DNA of 64,000 nucleotides from the human T2T-CHM13v2.0 reference genome, Homo sapiens. Positions within the stretch are counted from its first letter, which is position 1, and each line of letters starts with the position of its first letter. The DNA lies in NCBI RefSeq assembly GCF_009914755.1, contig NC_060932.1; one strand, written 5' to 3'. A program made the position numbers and the translations under genes. Shown here piece after piece: positions 26,757-39,850 of the stretch. The notes under the pieces were generated by a model. The model was not told the origin of the DNA, did no database searches, and saw only the letters and a program-made list of their open reading frames with translations.

Positions 26757-28299
26757 TATTTTAGGAATGCAACTTGTAAATGTCATTATTTGCCAGGGGA
26801 ATTCTTCAGATTGCAATAATCAGATTGCAAACAGGTCATATAAAGACGTTTGTATTTTAAAAGATAAGTGATGATGATATTCATTTAGGAAGCATGTAAG
26901 AGATAAAGAGTCACTTAGCAGAGATGCCGTGGGGCTGGGATTGGTTAGAAGAACGGAACACAAAACCAATTTTGAGTTGAGCTCGGCGGTACAATACTAA
27001 AACATAAACCTAGTTATATATCCTTATGGCATCTGAAATCACTCACATCATTCTTACTGGGTCCTGTCCCTAGATTCTTGCTTCCATTTTCTGTGATGTA
27101 TTCTGGAATGATGCCTCTGGAATTAACATGTTTTTAAAAATGTTTGCAACAAAATTATTGTTTTTAAACAAAAGTGTTCCTCAATGTTGTATAAATTGTG
27201 ACATGCCCTTCCTTATAAGCTTTTGAATCCTTTCACATAAAAAGTAATTATGTGTATAAAAGACTGCAATATCTATGAATGTTATGAAGTAGAAATTTTA
27301 GTCATTTATAGGAACATAGAAAATGAAGGCTATTTTCTTGATGATTAAGTTTAGATCTTCTCGAAAGTAATTTATGAAAATACATTTTGAGAATTTTATA
27401 TGATGTAAGCGACCCAAATCTGTGATGTGAATTATCTAAAACATAAACAAACCATTAAAAAAGAAACAGATTATTTATTAGGCACATGCTTTTCAGTAGA
27501 GTTGAAATAAATATTTATCTCCATAAAAGCAGAAAACATTTTCCCAGGAATGGATTGTATTCTGTTTTATCAGTTCAGCAAATGCCTGATAGCCTTTCTT
27601 AACTTCTCTGTGTTGAGTATCAAACAAATACAATAGGTCAACCACTCACTGTTCAGTGTGTGGAAACCCTACTGATTGAGGCTTCTCAGAAGCAAGGGGT
27701 AAAGGAAGAACAGGAAGTGGCAATGACCCTGAAGAACACTCATCTCTGACCTCTGTGTATAGCAATGAGAGAGAAAAGCGTGCTCTTTAGTAACTCAATC
27801 TTTATTTTCCTATTTCTCAGGAGCCCATGTACTGTAAACCTTTATTTGACCTGTCCCCACAAGGTTAGCATGGGTCACAGTCTCCACATTTGCAAAATGG
27901 TGAGCTTAGATACAGAATAAGTAAATACTCATCCCAGGAGCAAAATTTGTGATGGCATTGAAAGCTGGCTCCATGCCTCAAAAATGTCAAGTCACAACTC
28001 AGGTTTAACAGTTTCTATTACACATATTCAATTTAATCAGCTATTTGTCTTAGAGAGCATAAAGCAATTTAAAATTGATCATGTGTTAGAGCTGACTACA
28101 AAGAATAAAAATGCCTTGTCAAAAAGAGAAAAAAGTGCTATTAAGTATCAATTTCCTTTTTGCACTGCCAAAACATCGAAGAATCTTCCAGTTATAAAAT
28201 CTGAACATGCTTCCTCTTCAGAGTTGACACTTTACCAAATCCTATTCATTCTGTCTTTAAAATACCTTGACTGTTTTTTTCTTCTCAGTTTCTATTTTT

Positions 28300-28630
28300 T
28301 GAGCTCTCATTCACTCCAATGACTTTAATTACGACTGATATGTAGATGACTTTCTAATCTGTACCTCTGGCTGGAATTTTTTTGAGCCAACAGACACCAA
28401 CTCCACGTATCCAAGATTCAATTCATCTACTTCTCCTCACAATTTGCATTCTTTGTTTCAGTAAATGACACCGCATCCAATTGTTTAAGGCAGGAACCTG
28501 GGAATCATCCTGATTTCTTCCTCTTCTTTACCCTCAATTTCCAAAGAATCAATAGATCTTGTCACTTCCACTTGTGTTAATACCTCGAATTGATTTGCTT
28601 CTCTGTAACCCCATTGTTGCTGATAATGTC
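28300..28630 (+). mobile_element. L2 internal fragment
   Basis: gatgactttctaatctgtacctct...ggaacctgggaatcatcctgatttcttcc is typical L2 ORF2 sequence. Confidence 0.6.
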
Positions 28631-28654
28631 CAGGGTACCCTTAAAAAGTCAAGC

Positions 28655-29135
28655 ACTACAGGTTGCCTACTCAATATCTATTCTTGCTTCCATAGCCTTG
28701 ATTTACCTAATTAAAAATGTTTAATCTCTTAGTTTCCCTTGCTGCTAGCATAGGACATAGTTCTGGACAACGAGATGAAAGTGGATTTTACCCCAAAAGT
28801 TTTCTGGGAAAAACTCCTTAAAAATTGATTAACTTAACTGTCTTGTTTCATCAGCTCTTGATCCACAACCTTTCCCTTCATGCCTAGAATGTAGATGCAA
28901 TGTCTGAATTGTAGCAGCCCTTTTGTGAGTACAAGGAGAAAAGCTCCATGCAAAAAATAGTAAAGCCAGAAGGGAGAAGTCATGGTTGCTGGCAGTAACA
29001 CGGTGCTACTATGTCATGATTATCTGTGTCCATATTCCTTATTATCTGAACAAACAAACAAAACAAAACACCTCATTTCATAAAGTCAGTAAGCCACTGT
29101 TACTGGGTTTCTATTACATGAAGCCAATGAAGTTG
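28655..29135 (+). mobile_element. Old MLT1 (J/K-like) LTR inserted in L2
   Basis: tagttctggacaacgagatgaaagtgg; tgcctagaatgtagatgcaatgtctg; aagccactgttactgggtttctattaca. Confidence 0.6.
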
Positions 29136-29471
29136 TACCTCTGTCACATTTCTCATATCCTCCATTTTATTTCTAATATTGGCATTCTTTTTAAAAAAAA
29201 ATCTTCACGGGCCACGATTGCCCTTATGATAGTTCCAAACTCCTCAGCAGCATGTATAATGCCCTTCAGGATCTAGTCCTTAACTCTAGGTTAAGCCTTA
29301 TTTATCCCATCAAGTTCCAACCTCTATGCTCAATCAATTATACTTTCAGTTCCTCAAACACATCATTCTCTCAACTAAGACTTAAATGTGCTATTCTGTC
29401 TATATGGAATATTCTTCTTTTATTCCTCTCCCACTTTACTTGGATAACTGACAAGTTTTCTAAAATCCTGC

Positions 29472-29834
29472 TGATATGGTTTGGCTCTGTGTTGCCACCC
29501 AAATCTCATCTCAAATTGTAATCCCCACGTGTTGAGGGAGGGAGGTGACTGGATCATGAGGGCGGTTTCCTCCATGCTGTTCTCATCATAGTGAGTGAGT
29601 TTTCACAAGATCTGATGGTTTTATAAGTGTTTGACAGTTCTTCCTTCACTTGCTCTTCTTTCTCATGCCTCCTTGTGAAGAAAGTACTTGCTTCTCCTTC
29701 ACCTTCCACCATGATTGTAAGTTTCCTGAGGTCTCCCAAGCCATGTGGAACTGTAAGTTAATTAAACCTCTTTCCTTTATAAATTACCCAGTCTTAGGTA
29801 TTTATTTATAGCAGTGTGAAAACAGACTAATACA
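29472..29834 (+). mobile_element. THE1 (THE1D-like) solo LTR inserted in L2
   Basis: tgatatggtttggctctgtg...aacagactaataca; TSD cctgc/cttgc. Confidence 0.92.
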
Positions 29835-29839
29835 CTTGC

Positions 29840-30112
29840 TTAGGAAACACATCCTGAAAGAAACATTTCCTGATCCAACCTAGATCAGGTGCCTCTCCTC
29901 AGGGTCCCTATAACAATTACATGCCAGTATTTATCTCCATCAGAATATTTTCCACACTAATGACAACTACTATTGTACTTCTCTGTCCCCTCAACTAGAT
30001 GAAGATAAATTTCTTAAGGAAAAATTGTGTCTTATTCACTGTTATAATTCCCTGTTTTATCACAATAGCTGATAAATAGTACTATATAGTTGTTGAATGA
30101 GTAGATGAATAA
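29840..30112 (+). mobile_element. L2 3' end
   Basis: ctctgtcccctcaactagat...gtcttattcactg...gttgttgaatgagtagatgaat. Confidence 0.65.
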
Positions 30113-30669
30113 ATGCACTTTCATTACACATATCTATCATTCAAGCTCAAATTCCCATCATTATATGCCTATACAATTATTCATTCTAATTCATCCAATA
30201 TTATTCCAGACATTGTGGTATATAATTAATCACAGAACAACAATAATGAAAATTAAGAACTTGCCTCCAGCTCCATTAGGACCAGAAAAGGATATTGATT
30301 TCTTAATAAGTAAAAAAGGTGTAGGGTACTTGAGCTCTTTAATGCAATTAATTTTTGTAATTAACTTTATAATTAGGTATATTTAAATGAAAAATTTAGT
30401 TGTATCTATATTAATATTTTTCTTTTATCTGGTTGTTTTCTATGAATTACTTTGACTGCAAAAGCCTCAACTGCCAAGACATTATATCAGGGCATATAGA
30501 GCTAGAAACAATCTTAAGATTACTAACTTCCTGAATCTACAAGGACTTCTCTCCAAAATAGAGTCAAAATACAATTTGTCTACTTGACTATTTCCAGTCT
30601 TAAAAACACTACTCGAGAATTATAACTATTCCAAGACTTTTGGAATGCAGTTTTCATGATAGGTTTGAG

Positions 30670-31990
30670 GGTTTTTTTTACACTTTTATGGAGGTATAAA
30701 TTATATGTCATAAAATTAATTGTAAGTGAAGAGTTGGATTTTTTAGTATGCTTATATAGTTGTGCAGTCATCACTTTACTGTAGATTTATAATACAGCCA
30801 TCACTTCAACAGTCCCATTGTGTCCATTTTCAAAAAATCCCTGCTCCCACTCTCAGCCCCAGGCAACCACACATCTGCTTTCTATGTGTAGAGGGTTCTC
30901 CTTTTCTAGAAATTTCATATAAAAGGAGTCACATATTATGTATCCATTTGTGTCTGATTTTTCTTTTTTTATTTACCATAATTTGGAGATGCAGTGCCAT
31001 CTATGTTGCATGTATCAGTAGTTTGTTACTTTTATCGTTGAATAGCATTCCATTGTATAGATACACAACATTCTGTTTACTCACTGCTTGTGGATGTTTG
31101 TATTTTTTCAATTTCTGGCAATTATGAATGATGCTGTTATGAACATTTATGAAGAAGTGTTTGTGTGGACACATGTCTTGATTTCTCCCAAGTAGATATC
31201 TAGGAATTTAATTGCTGGATTATGCTTTAAGTTTATATTTAACTTTTTAAGAAGCTGACCAACTGTTTTCAAAAGTGACTGTACATTTTACATCCATACC
31301 AAAAATGAATGAGGGCTTCAATTTACCGCATTTCAGCAAACAGTATTGTCACATTTATTATTATTATTATGGCCAGTCTTACCTATATATAGTGATATCT
31401 CATTGAAATCTAATGAATAAAAATTGTAAGCACCTTTTTGTGTATGCATTAGCTATTTGCCTTCTTTGCTGAATGTCCATTTAAAAATTTTGCCCATTTT
31501 TAATTTGATTGTATTATCATTTAGCCAAGCACAAATTCTTTATTGGATATATGATTTGTAAATGTTTTTTCCAGTCTGTGACTTTTCTGTTTACTTTCTT
31601 AATGGTATTTTTTGAAGCACAAATGCTTTAAATTTTGATGCAGTATAATTCATCAATCTTTTATGAATTGTTCTTTTGGTGTACTAAGAAACTTCTACAT
31701 AACCCAAGGTTGCAGAGGTCTTCTCTTATGTTTTTTTCAAGAAGTTTTATAGTTTTATCTTTTATATGTAAGCCTTTGATACATTTCAGTAAATTTTTGT
31801 GTATACTGTGAGATAGGTTCCAATTTCATTTCTTTGCATGTTGTAGCTACCTAATTTTTCCAGCATCATTTGTTGAAAAGACCCCCGAACATTTAGTTGT
31901 CTTGGTACCTCTGTTAACAATCAATGAACCATTAATGTGAGAATGTATTTCTGGGCTTACTAGTTGATTACATTAATCAGTACTTTGTTT
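30670..31990 (-). mobile_element. Old L1M (MC/MD-like) 3' end and ORF2 remnant
   Basis: gaaatttcatataaaaggagtcac, tagcattccattgtatagatacaca, ccagcatcatttgttgaaaagac are reverse L1 motifs. Confidence 0.8.
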
Positions 31991-32177
31991 GCATATCTCC
32001 CTCCATATTGAGCCTATCTCTGTGAAAGCAAAGTTGGTGGATTTTCTTGCTGTCCCTGTGCTGATAAAACTGCAATTCTCACCAACTGCCATGAGGAGAG
32101 AGGTGGAGTTTTTTCCATACATGAAGGCCTCATACTTTTACTGTTGTTGCACAAAGCTGGGGTATCTTTTCAAGAAC

Positions 32178-32317
32178 AAATGCTTAGTTAGTGGGTACAG
32201 TGTATGTTATTTGGGTGATGGATACCGTGAAAGTCCTAACATGACCACTACTCAATCCATTCATGTATCAAAATTGCAAATGTACCCCATAATTTTGAAC
32301 AAATCAAAAGAAAAAAG
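32178..32317 (+). mobile_element. Short L1MA-type 3' terminal fragment
   Basis: gggtacagtgtatgttatttgggtgatggatac...gtaccccataattttgaacaaat + A tail. Confidence 0.75.
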
Positions 32318-32519
32318 CCCTGAAATGATTATTTTGATAACTTTATCTAGTTTCATAGATGTTTGTAGAAAGGGTGTTCTGACTTCTTCACATAGTCATG
32401 GCTGAAACTTCCTTTTCATGACTAATTTTTAAGGGGAAGAATATGCCGTTGAGCCTCATCTCAGCACACCTACCCACAGAAGTTGCTTGAAATTATTTTT
32501 GAAGTAATTTTTGGAACAC

Positions 32520-34870
32520 CTGGGTCCATATGGAAGATTAAATCTACATGTTTATTCTCTGCTCCCTCCACAATGTCACCAAAATAGCAGTAATAAAATT
32601 TTTAAAAACCCACAATGACTGTAAGAAAATAAGAGGAGCAACCAAAAAGTGTTTTGGAAGCTAGCAAAAGTATTAGACAAATGGTCACTGTCTTAACAGA
32701 ACAGAGAATTGTGAAAACTATCTATCATTGGAAACAACAGAAAGATGTAAGTTGATAATACACCAGAAATTCAGAAGATACCATATACTATGTGTTTTGA
32801 ATGGAGGCAAAATGAGGCTGAAAAGGAATACTGGGAAAGTCTTTCAAATGAGCAATTACGGCTATTGATTTCCAAACCTATTATGTGTTGCTAGAGGACT
32901 ATACCTGGTATATCTGAGTACAAGACTGAGATTTTAACCCGTGGACATCTAGGGATATCAGCCATAGCTGAGGTGATAGTGAGCTACAGAAGACTAAAAG
33001 AAAGTAAGAACAGTGAGTTTCTTAAATCCCTTTCTTAATCAGAATGCTACTGGTAATATACACATCCCCTTAAACAAGGGATTGGAGTATGCTAAATAAA
33101 TCTTACAGTTTAAAAAGCAGAGATGCAGGTAATGAGAATGAGAGGCTCCCACAAATTAGGCAAGTCATTACCTCTTTGCCCTATAATACAGTAGATACTG
33201 TCATTAGTCAACTAACTCCACTTGCATATGCAGAGCTTCCAAATACCAAGTTAGTGCCTCCTAACTATGAATGGATCAGTGTAGGATATCCAGATGTTTT
33301 ATTAAAGTCAATAACAAGAAATATATAAATTAAATCAAACAGAAGCACAAGGAATTTAGACTAAATAGTGACAATCCAAGGAACAAAAGAGATTCTTAAA
33401 AAACTATAATGGATAGATTTAGAGAGCTAATAAAAGTAAGACAAAAGCTATAAAGGAAGAAAAATTAGAAAGACTGAGATATAATAGGTGCTCAATAAAC
33501 ATTCGTTGAATGAAATGAATTTTTATAACTATAAAGGATGTGTGTATTTATAAATAATTTATAATGGTTCAATGTAAAACACACATTCAACAAAAGAGTT
33601 GAAAGACATGAGTGGAGAAATACACCAGAAATTAGAAGACTAATCCAAAAGATCCAATATCCCATTGAGAAATGGTCTTGAGAGACAGAGATGGGAACAG
33701 AGAGGTGGAGGTATGGAAATTATCAGGAGCCAACACAAGAAAATTTATAATACTGATGGACAATTATTTCCAGACTTAAAGGACCTACAGTTAGCCAATA
33801 CAGTAAATGCTAAAAGGTCCACATTAAGGCCATATCATTGAAATTTCAGAATAGCTGGTATTGAAAAAAAAAAAAACTCTTAAAAGCTTCTAAAGAGAGA
33901 GAAAACATATTCTATAGAAAGTGTAGAAAATGTGAACAACATCAAATTTCTCAGCAGCAACACTAAAAGCTAAAAGAAAATAGAATATCTTTATACCTCA
34001 GGGTAAAAATTATTTTCATACTGGAATCCCATACCCAGCCAAAATATCACATAATTTGAAGGTACAATTACTATATTTTTAGACTTACAATGTCTCAAAA
34101 ATTTATCTGAAGTCCACTCTCTTTCAGGAAACTACTAGAAGACATACTATATTAAAATGAAGGATGAAACCAAGAAAAAAAAAGACGCAGATATCAGAAA
34201 AGGAATTGTGTAATAATAATACCAATTCCTAGAAAATAGTCAAGTTAACTCTTAGGATAACAGCTTGCTGACAAGCCTTCCAATCTTAATGGAGCAATAA
34301 GTTTGAGGGTTCCCAAAGAAATTTCTAAGAAAAGTAAAGGAAACTAATAGAAGACTTTACATTTCTACAAAACTGACAAATCTCAAATAATTGGTAGTTA
34401 TGATGGGTTTGGTACATAGAAAGCTATGCAAAAAAACCAACACCACAATTATTAAACCTAGAGAGAAACAAAATTAGTACATGAAACACAATGTAATCAT
34501 AATGTACTATGTGTCCCTGCTGTGAATAATTGTTACAGGCCCATTATATTATAAACATTATTGTATTAAAATTATAATATTAAGTTACTAGGATTAAAAG
34601 AAGGAAAATATGTGTGGAAGATGTAGACCTAGGAATGAGAGAGACATCTCCATCTTCCATATTTAGAAGTCAATGAGTATCTAAACTGAAAAAAAATAAA
34701 AACCAGAGTATCAGTGTGTTACTCAAAAATACAAAGGAGATAAATTAAGAAGCACTAAAATAATTAAAATAGTATTCTTATAGGAACAAGACTCAAGAGT
34801 GGAGAACAAACAGTGGGAGGCTTCTGATTTTGTCTCATAAGCCTGTTAAAACCATTTGACTTTTTTTAAA
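32520..34870 (+). mobile_element. Degenerate HAL1/L1M ORF1-type element
   Basis: A-rich strand; L1 ORF1-like remnants (ctcagcagcaacactaaaagc, ggaatcccatacccagccaaa) with no recognisable ORF2 following. Confidence 0.6.
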
Positions 34871-34900
34871 AAAGTCAGCTTTCCCAGGTTGAATATTTGA

Positions 34901-35200
34901 TTTTTTTTTTTTTCTTTTTAGACGGAGTCTCACTCTGTTGCTCAGGCTGCAGTGTAGTGGCATGATCTTGGCTCACTGCGACCTCCGCCCCCCGGGTTCA
35001 AGTGATTCTCCTGCCTCAACCTCCTGAGTAGCTGGTACTACAAGCATGTGTCACTATGCCTGGCTAATTTTTGTATTTTTAGTAGAGACGGGGTTTCACC
35101 ATGTTGGCCAGGCTGGTCTTGAACTCTTAACCTCAAGCAATCCACCCACCTCGGCCTCCCAAAGTGCTGGGATTACAGATGAGAGCCACTGTGCCTAGCC
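34901..35200 (-). mobile_element. AluS
   Basis: Reverse dimeric Alu; TSD ttgatttttt on both sides. Confidence 0.93.
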
Positions 35201-35686
35201 TTGATTTTTTAAATGCGGTTTTAAAATATGAAATTTGAAATGTAAAAAAGAAATTATTATGTGTTTGCATGTTACTTTCTAAATGCATTATTTTAAAAGT
35301 CATTCTACTAATTTTCATTTTTTACAAACTGTATAAAGTTAAATTAACTCACAAGAGAGGACTTTAATCCACTAATTACTTATTTGAATGGACAAAGCTG
35401 AAACCAAGTCCAAAGTTGAGTTATATCAATTTGTCAAGAAATCCCTTCTGGAGATGAGGTTGTCATTGTACTGTTATGCTGTTTTAACTAGTAAAATACT
35501 TCTGCCTTAGGATATGCTTTTTTCGTATCCTGGAATTTATTTTCCTTCCAGGAAAATATCAGGAAGCTGGAGGCATGATCATTAAAATGCACAAGAACAG
35601 ATGTTGCTGGGTCTCTGTCAGGCACTGAGCAAATGTTTTGATGTGTCATTTCTTCCAGTTACTGTGGATGAAGAGCACAAGAATGG

Positions 35687-36153
35687 TGTGTTAGTTTCTT
35701 AGGGCTGCCATAACAAGTTACCCCAAACTTGGTGCCTTAATACAACGGACCTTTATTATCTCATACTTCTCAAGGCCACAAGTACAAAATCAAGCTGTAG
35801 GTAGTAGAGAACTCTGCTCTGCAGGCTGTAGGGGAGAAGCACTCCTTGCCTTTGACAGTTTATGGTGGCTGCAAGCCCATTCTTTAGTTTCTTGTTGCGT
35901 AACTCTCATTTCTGCCTCAGTCTTCACCTGGCCTTCTCCTTTCATCTCTGTCTCCCTCCTTTGGGTGTCTCTTCTAAGGACACTTGTCACTGGATTTAGG
36001 GTCCACCCAGATAATCTAGGATGATCTCATCTTGAGACTCTTAGCTTAATTATGTTTGCAAAGACCCTTTTGTCACGTAAGGTCATGTTCACAAGTTCCT
36101 GGGTTAGATGTGGATATATATATATATTTTTTAAGGCCACAATTCAATTCACA
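35687..36153 (-). mobile_element. MLT1 (B/C-like) solo LTR
   Basis: tgtgttagtttcttagggctgccataacaag...aaggacacttgtcactggatttaggg...ggccacaattcaa. Confidence 0.88.
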
Positions 36154-37239
36154 AAAAAAAAAAAGAAAAGAGTAGAGGAATAACGAGGCAAATATCACTT
36201 GTTATTTACTTTAATGACATGTCATATTTGGACAAACACAAAGCTAAGCCTGGAATTCCAATATCTTGGGAAATGAAAGATAAAAGCAGTCAGAAAAAAG
36301 TAGAACTATGAAGACAGTTTTATAAACTAGCTACTAATTCTTTTCTTTTTAGATTTACCATTAATCTCTTCCACTATTATGCCATCTGTAAACTTGATTG
36401 GCTTGTTGTCTATTTTAAAACCACGTTTTAAGGCAAAAACAGTGTTGGCTTGTTGTTCTCAGTGACTTCATTTTCTGAATAAACAAGACTGAACCCTTTT
36501 AAATGTCAGTAGAAACCTTTCTGGGAAGCACTATTTTTTTGCACACTAAAGACAATATACTTAACATAATTTAACCACTTTATGTATTCAATCATCTTTC
36601 CCATTTTAAAATTAAATAATGTTTTATATAAAATATGTGAATTCTCTGTAGCAATTTAAATTTTGATGTAGTATAGTACACATTATATAGGAATGTATTT
36701 ATATGCTTTATTGAGTAAAAAAAGGAGGGGGGCAGAATATGCCAAGAAAATTTTTTAAGGACTATTGTTTGTTTGAAATGGTTACCAGTTAATTTCTATA
36801 TATAAATGCAATGATTCTATTCTTATTGTATGCCAGGAAATGTTTGAAAATAAACAAATAGTGAAGTAGACTTAGGGTAGTCTAAACAATTTAAAGAGTA
36901 TCAATTTTCTTAGAATCATAGAATTTAGAAACAATGTTAAATATGAAGTCCAAACTCATTTTACATGCCTAGTGGCAATTGACATTATGTGATTTGCTCT
37001 ATGTCACATATCTGGCTATGACACATGTAAAATGTTAGGTTTCTAACATCATTCAATTCTCAGTATTTTTCTATCACTGTTAACCTGACAAATGCATCCA
37101 CTTTGGACATTTTAAGTGTTTGTGAAAAATTAATGCATCCTCAATGCTTGAGAATGTTCATCTTTATGGAAACCAAATAGTATTTTAAAAGCAGGATTTT
37201 GGGAAATAATTTGTATTTGATTTTTTTTTTTTGGTCACT

Positions 37240-37420
37240 TTTTCAATGGATGACCTTACTCAAACTGCTTAATTTCTTTGAGCCTCAGCTACTTTGTTTG
37301 CAAAATGAAAGGACTACTATCTAATCCACAGGACTATTTTGAGACTAAATGAGATAAACGCAAGTTGAGACTAGCTCTCAGCCTGTATATAATGACTATT
37401 CAATCAGTGCTAGTTTCCTT
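37240..37420 (+). mobile_element. MIR
   Basis: cttaatttctttgagcctcag...gagactaaatgagataa. Confidence 0.65.
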
Positions 37421-37560
37421 CCCTGTACTGCTTATGAAAAAATCAGTCAGTTATACTATAGGCCTGTTGTGATGTATTCAATTGTGTTCCTCCCACCTCA
37501 AAATTCATGTGTTGAAGTTCTGATCCCCAATACCTCAAAGCAAATTTCTGCTGTTTAAGC

Positions 37561-38415
<855 letters not shown>

Positions 38416-39479
38416 GTTTTAGCCACCCGGCCGCTGGTGTAAGCCACTCAGTTTGTGGTGCTTTGTTATGGCAGCCCTAGGAAACTAATGCACCTGTATT
38501 TCTTGGATTGATGGTTACTTGTAACGACATCTCTTAGGGATATTTTTTCAGCAGTCAGTCTGTATCAGGATCTGTAAGGTCCTTCTTTTCCAATTTCAAG
38601 GAAAGCAGGTCCAAAATCCCTTTCACCTAACTCTTAGTTGAGATGCTGTTCAAGAATGGAGAAGGTAAGGGGCCTCTCCAATATATGTGATTCTGGTTCC
38701 AATCTTCCAATATCTTACTATGCCCATACTATTTGTACAGGTTATAGGTTTGTGGAATAGATAGAGATCCTGATCTCTGTATCTATATCTGTATCTGATC
38801 TACATACTCTACATCTAAATCTGTTGAGCTTTTTATGAAACATAATACCACAAGCTTTTCCCCCTTATTTTGTAAAAGACTTGCTGAAAACACCATTTTA
38901 ATAAAATTGTCATGTCATACACTCTCATATATTTTACCGTAATTTGCCCACTGTTAACACGTTGTTAGGCAATTGAAGGCCTTTCGCCTTTCTGCCACAT
39001 CCCTTCAAATGAAGCTTTGCCCACATTTCAGAATATTTCCTTGAGATAGTGTACCAGAAAGGCTAAAAGCTATAAACTAGGCCAAAGGTAATAAACATTT
39101 TAATATTCCTAATACTTATCACCAAGTTGCTTCACAGAAAAGCTGGTTGTTCTTTCCTTTTGAATTTAATCACAAGAGAATAATCTTGGTAGCAAGAGTA
39201 AGAAGGTCATGGAGGGCATTGGAAGCATTAGTGTTCAACAGGCACAAGCAGGTAATAAATATCACCTTATGAAAAGCTCAAAGCCATGCACGGTGTTTGC
39301 ATAACATGTTGCTAACTGAAGACCTCTCTGGTTCACAACCTTTCTGAAACTCAGCGTTTAAATGCAATATAGCCTATTAAATTGTCAGCTCAAGTACTCA
39401 GCAGAAGGCATCTCTATCTTCTTTGTTCTTGGGGATGTTTCTACTGACATGCACACTGGAGTTCAGAGATAATTTTCAA

Positions 39480-39702
39480 TAAACTGTTGTCACTTGAAAA
39501 TAAACAGTCTGGACAATGTATGGTCCATTTGGAGCACTGAGAAAATAAACAACCTAGGGTATGCTTCCTTCCTGTCTCTGTAGCCCTTTTTGGAATGTGT
39601 GTTCCAAATACTTCCCCTTCTTCCCCAAAGCAGGAGGTTTTATTTAAAATAAAGCTGTTTATTTGGCATTTCTGGGAGACCCTTTTCTGAGGAACCACAG
39701 CA
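39480..39702 (+). promoter_or_regulatory. COLEC10: Proximal promoter / 5'UTR of COLEC10 (non-CpG-island)
   Basis: Immediately upstream of the ATG; TATA-like TATTTAAAA at 39641-39649; three TGTTTATTT forkhead-type motifs (39498-39506 rev, 39543-39551 rev, 39656-39664). The exact TSS cannot be read from sequence. Confidence 0.6.
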
Positions 39703-39850
39703 ATGAATGGCTTTGCATCCTTGCTTCGAAGAAACCAATTTATCCTCCTGGTACTATTTCTTTTGCAAATTCAGAGTCTGGGTCTGGATATTGATAGCCG
39801 TCCTACCGCTGAAGTCTGTGCCACACACACAATTTCACCAGGACCCAAAG
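39703..39850 (+). CDS. COLEC10: COLEC10 coding exon 1: signal peptide, N-terminal Cys segment, start of collagen domain (MNGFASLLRRNQFILLVLFLLQIQSLGLDIDSRPTAEVCATHTISPGPK-G)
   Basis: ATG at 39703 (GCAATGA); translation recognised as the CL-L1 N-terminus with a hydrophobic leader; donor AAG|GTGAGG at 39851; 148 nt, ends in phase 1 and joins exon 2 in frame. Confidence 0.97.
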
